Source of the DNA: Pseudomonadota bacterium
Lineage (GTDB): Bacteria; Pseudomonadota; Gammaproteobacteria; Ga0077536
Direction of reading: 5' to 3'
Assembly: GCA_036130055.1 (NCBI GenBank)
Contig: JAYYOR010000011.1
Location: 11,733 to 75,732 of the forward strand
DNA length: 64,000 bases
Part shown: in pieces, positions 60,823 through 64,000 of the stretch
How the letters are laid out: each line of letters begins with the position of its first letter
Numbering within the stretch: the first letter of the stretch is position 1
Made by a program: the position numbers and the translations under genes
Notes under the pieces: generated by a model
The model's database searches: none
Told to the model about the DNA's origin: nothing
What the model saw: the letters and a program-made list of their open reading frames with translations, nothing else

Positions 60823-62496
60823 ATGAACAACAGAAACAAAATAAAAAAAACCTTAGCGCTTGGAGCACCCTATGTTTGGTTGACATCTGGCGCAGTTGCG
60901 TTCTGCATGATTTTAGTTATTGGAGTAATTGGGCTAATTACTGTAAGAGGAGCAGTCCATTTTTGGCCGAAACCTGTTGTGTTGATAAACATGGTCCCGG
61001 GGATGTCTGAAAAAAGGATAATGGGAGAAATAGTGGGTGAAGAGGTTGTTAGTGCCACTTTGCTTAAGGAGGCAGGAATTGTTGTTCCAGATAATATTCA
61101 AACGGTTGAAAGAATTTTGGTAAAAATTGGAAATAGAAAACTAAACGGAATTGATTTCAAATGGATAAACCAAGTAGATTATCTTGCAGGGATGCAGAAT
61201 CCTACAAATGCTACTGTAATTGAACGAGAGGAATGGGGTAACTTTTATGGATTTCTAGAAGGTGTTAACGAAGATGGACGACGTCTTGAACTAGGAAATT
61301 CAATAATCGATGAGGTACAAAATCGGCTAGAACGAAGACACGAGATTGCAGACAAGATTAGGTCAATAGAAAATTCAGAGATGAGGAAACTTAACGGAAA
61401 AGTTGAACAATTACGATTAAGTTCACGTCGGCTTGAGCTAAAAGAAATCCCTAAGCAGAGCGAGGAGTTTTTAAAGATTGATGCCCAACTGATAATTATT
61501 AATAAAAAATATGATGAACTAAATCAACAACTGGCGAGTCTGTACGAGGAGATTGAACGCGATCAAATTGACTTATTAACAGCAAATGGTGCTGTGGCAA
61601 CCTTGGATATGAAAGACATCGTCAGAGTATATCAGCCAAACACTATGACTTTTGGAGAGAAAGTTATTCACTATATACAAAAGGTTATTGAATTTGTAAG
61701 TGAGGAACCTCGAGAGGCGAATACCGAGGGTGGTATTTTTCCAGCTATATTTGGTACTGTTATAATGGTGCTGCTAATGTCGGTTTTTGTTACCCCCTTT
61801 GGGGTTGTAGCCGCGGTCTATTTGAATGAATATGCAGGCCAAAATGCACTTACTAGGGCAATAAGAGTAGCTGTGAATAATCTTGCTGGTGTACCGTCTG
61901 TTGTTTATGGAGTTTTCGGACTAGGGTTTTTTGTTTATTTTGTTGGCGGTTCAATAGATGATTTGTTTTATCCAGAATTTGCCCCGGCTCCAAAATTTGG
62001 CACGCCCGGATTAATTTGGTCTTCTCTGACGTTAGCAATTCTCACTGTACCCGTTGTGATTGTTTCTACAGAGGAAGGCCTGCGGCGTATTCCAAGAAAT
62101 TTACGAGAAGGTAGTTTGGCTCTTGGAGCAACAAAAGCAGAAACACTAATTAGAACAGTTTTGCCAATGGCCACTCCCGCAATGATGACAGGATTGATTT
62201 TGGCTGTGGCACGGGCAGCAGGAGAAGTGGCACCCTTAATGATGGTTGGTGTAGTAAAATTGGCACCTTCGCTGCCAATTGACGGTACTTTTCCGTTTAT
62301 CCATATGGAAAGAAAATTCATGCATATGGGATTTCATATTTACGATGTGGGATTCCAAAGTCCAAATGTAGAGGCGGCACGTCCTTTAGTGTATGCTACT
62401 TCTTTTTTGTTGATTGTTATTATAATCACGCTAAATATGACAGCTATTACCGCTCGAAACCGCTTGAGGGAAAAATATAATGCAACAGATGCCTGA
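60823..62496 (+). CDS. pstA: phosphate ABC transporter permease PstA, long form with a coiled-coil-rich insert
   Basis: 557 aa. TM1, an insert of about 250 aa, then the permease core with [26 protein letters not shown]. Ends in TGA and overlaps the pstB start. Confidence 0.88.
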   Translation: MNNRNKIKKTLALGAPYVWLTSGAVAFCMILVIGVIGLITVRGAVHFWPKPVVLINMVPGMSEKRIMGEIVGEEVVSATLLKEAGIVVPDNIQTVERILVKIGNRKLNGIDFKWINQVDYLAGMQNPTNATVIEREEWGNFYGFLEGVNEDGRRLELGNSIIDEVQNRLERRHEIADKIRSIENSEMRKLNGKVEQLRLSSRRLELKEIPKQSEEFLKIDAQLIIINKKYDELNQQLASLYEEIERDQIDLLTANGAVATLDMKDIVRVYQPNTMTFGEKVIHYIQKVIEFVSEEPREANTEGGIFPAIFGTVIMVLLMSVFVTPFGVVAAVYLNEYAGQNALTRAIRVAVNNLAGVPSVVYGVFGLGFFVYFVGGSIDDLFYPEFAPAPKFGTPGLIWSSLTLAILTVPVVIVSTEEGLRRIPRNLREGSLALGATKAETLIRTVLPMATPAMMTGLILAVARAAGEVAPLMMVGVVKLAPSLPIDGTFPFIHMERKFMHMGFHIYDVGFQSPNVEAARPLVYATSFLLIVIIITLNMTAITARNRLREKYNATDA

Positions 62497-63331
62497 TGAA
62501 ACCAATAAAAAAATACGCCCTAGTGCAGATACTTCTACTATAAACAAAGATGAGGCAAGTGAAATGATTTTTGAGAACGAAGCCGCACTGACTGTCACTG
62601 AACTCGATTTTTTTTATGGACATGTTAAGGCACTCAATAAAATTAATTTACTTATACCAGAAAAAAAAGTCACAGCTTTTATAGGTCCCTCAGGCTGTGG
62701 TAAATCTACACTTCTTAGAATTTTCAATAGAATGAATGACTTGATAGAGGGAACTCGTGTTGAAGGTTCCGTTAGGTTGAAAGGTGAAGAAATCTTCTCT
62801 CCAGATATAAATGTTTCAAATTTGAGGCAACGAGTTGGGATGGTTTTTCAAAAGCCTAACCCTTTCCCCAAATCTATCTATGAGAACGTTGCGTATGGTT
62901 TGAGGATTCAAGGGGTGAATAGTAGGTCAACTCTAAACGTAACAGTAGAAGAAGCATTGCGCGGCGCAGCGCTCTGGGACGAGGTCAAAGATAGACTACA
63001 TGAGAATGCTCTAAGTCTTTCTGGCGGTCAACAACAGCGTCTAGTAATCGCAAGAGCAATTGCTATTAAACCTGAAGTTCTACTACTGGATGAACCGGCT
63101 TCAGCCTTAGACCCTATTTCTACTTTGAAGATTGAAGAGTTAATAAATGAGTTAAAAAAACACTATACGATCGTGATTGTAACTCATAATATGCAACAAG
63201 CGACACGTGTTTCTGATTACACAGCGTTTATGTACCTAGGAGATTTAATAGAGTTTGACGAGACGACAAAGTTATTCTCTACGCCAGCAATGAAGCAGAC
63301 AGAAGATTATATAACTGGCAGATACGGATAA
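62480..63331 (+). CDS. pstB: phosphate ABC transporter ATP-binding protein PstB
   Basis: 283 aa with intact motifs: [29 protein letters not shown] and IVTHNMQQA. Confidence 0.96.
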   Translation: MQQMPDETNKKIRPSADTSTINKDEASEMIFENEAALTVTELDFFYGHVKALNKINLLIPEKKVTAFIGPSGCGKSTLLRIFNRMNDLIEGTRVEGSVRLKGEEIFSPDINVSNLRQRVGMVFQKPNPFPKSIYENVAYGLRIQGVNSRSTLNVTVEEALRGAALWDEVKDRLHENALSLSGGQQQRLVIARAIAIKPEVLLLDEPASALDPISTLKIEELINELKKHYTIVIVTHNMQQATRVSDYTAFMYLGDLIEFDETTKLFSTPAMKQTEDYITGRYG

Positions 63332-63348
63332 AATTGGTAGTAATAATT

Positions 63349-64000
63349 ATGAATCAGTCAACTCATATATCACAGCAATACGATAATGAACTAGAAGAAC
63401 TTCGCTCAAAAGTTCTTTCTATGGGAGGGCTTGTTGAAGAGCATCTTTCTAAGGTTATAGAAACGATAAGCTCTTGTAATTTTGAAGGAGCCGAAGAAGT
63501 GGCAACGAGTGATTATAGGGTTAACGCAATGGAGGTTGAAATTGATCATATCTGTTCGACTATTTTACTAACAAGAGCCCCCGCAGCTTCCGACCTTAGA
63601 CTGGTATTATCTATTTTCAAAACGATAAATGATTTGGAGAGGATTGGTGATGAGACTGAAAAAATAGCTAAGCTGGTGCTGAATTTAAAAACACCAAAGG
63701 CTATTAATATGTATTATGCGGGGATACTTACAATGGCTAGGGCAGTGCGGAGTATGTTGCGAGATTCTTTAAATGCCTTTGCCAGAACCGATTCTTCCGC
63801 TGCTTTGAAAATTGCAGAAAGCGATAAAGAGATTGACGACGGATTAGATGTTGTTTTGCGACAACTAATTACGTTCACCCTCGAGGATTCTAAGGCTATT
63901 TCATCAGTACTTGATGCTACCTTAGCCGCCCGTGCCCTGGAGAGAATTGGTGATCATAATAAGAATATTTGCGAAAATATTATTTATTTGGTTGAAGGTA
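63349..64000 (+). CDS. phoU: phosphate signalling complex protein PhoU (3' end beyond the window)
   Basis: My translation from ATG 63349 is MNQSTHISQQYDNELEELRSKVLSMGGLVEEHL... It contains the repeated ERIGD motifs (LERIGDETEK, LERIGDHNKN). The frame is open to base 64000. Confidence 0.9.
   Translation, partial: MNQSTHISQQYDNELEELRSKVLSMGGLVEEHLSKVIETISSCNFEGAEEVATSDYRVNAMEVEIDHICSTILLTRAPAASDLRLVLSIFKTINDLERIGDETEKIAKLVLNLKTPKAINMYYAGILTMARAVRSMLRDSLNAFARTDSSAALKIAESDKEIDDGLDVVLRQLITFTLEDSKAISSVLDATLAARALERIGDHNKNICENIIYLVEG

Overview
This is an AT-rich, very densely packed core-chromosome window with no sign of an accessory island. Gene content and order match a streamlined gammaproteobacterium with Pseudomonas/Oceanospirillales-type synteny. 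The blocks, in order, are: metW-xthA-pyrE-argB-algC-coaBC-rpmBG-mutM; ggt-fdx-coaD-rsmD plus two M16 peptidases; ftsYEX-rpoH; a complete aa3 cytochrome c oxidase structural and assembly cluster; bioBFCD; the origin-region set gyrB-recF-dnaN-dnaA <> rpmH-rnpA-yidC-mnmE; a five-gene LPS-core-type glycosyltransferase cluster; ilvE, fxsA, cutA-dsbD-tlpA; aroQ-accBC-prmA-dusB-fis-purHD; hisHB, hemF; and pstCAB-phoU, which is cut by the window end. I found no tRNA or rRNA genes, CRISPR arrays, IS elements, integrases, phage genes or recognisable defence genes. I do not see a convincing new multi-gene system. The most unusual signals are lesions in conserved genes. FtsE has every ATPase motif substituted. 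ftsX is split by one in-frame TGA, with its conserved last transmembrane helix still encoded downstream. rsmD is frameshifted inside an A11 run. There are also candidate regulatory elements: a four-segment alternative-hairpin element containing a 20-bp perfect palindrome in front of rpoH, a BirA-operator-like inverted repeat in front of bioB, and DnaA-box-like sites between dnaA and dnaN. All protein calls rest on motifs I can read in the supplied translations plus synteny. No database search was run.
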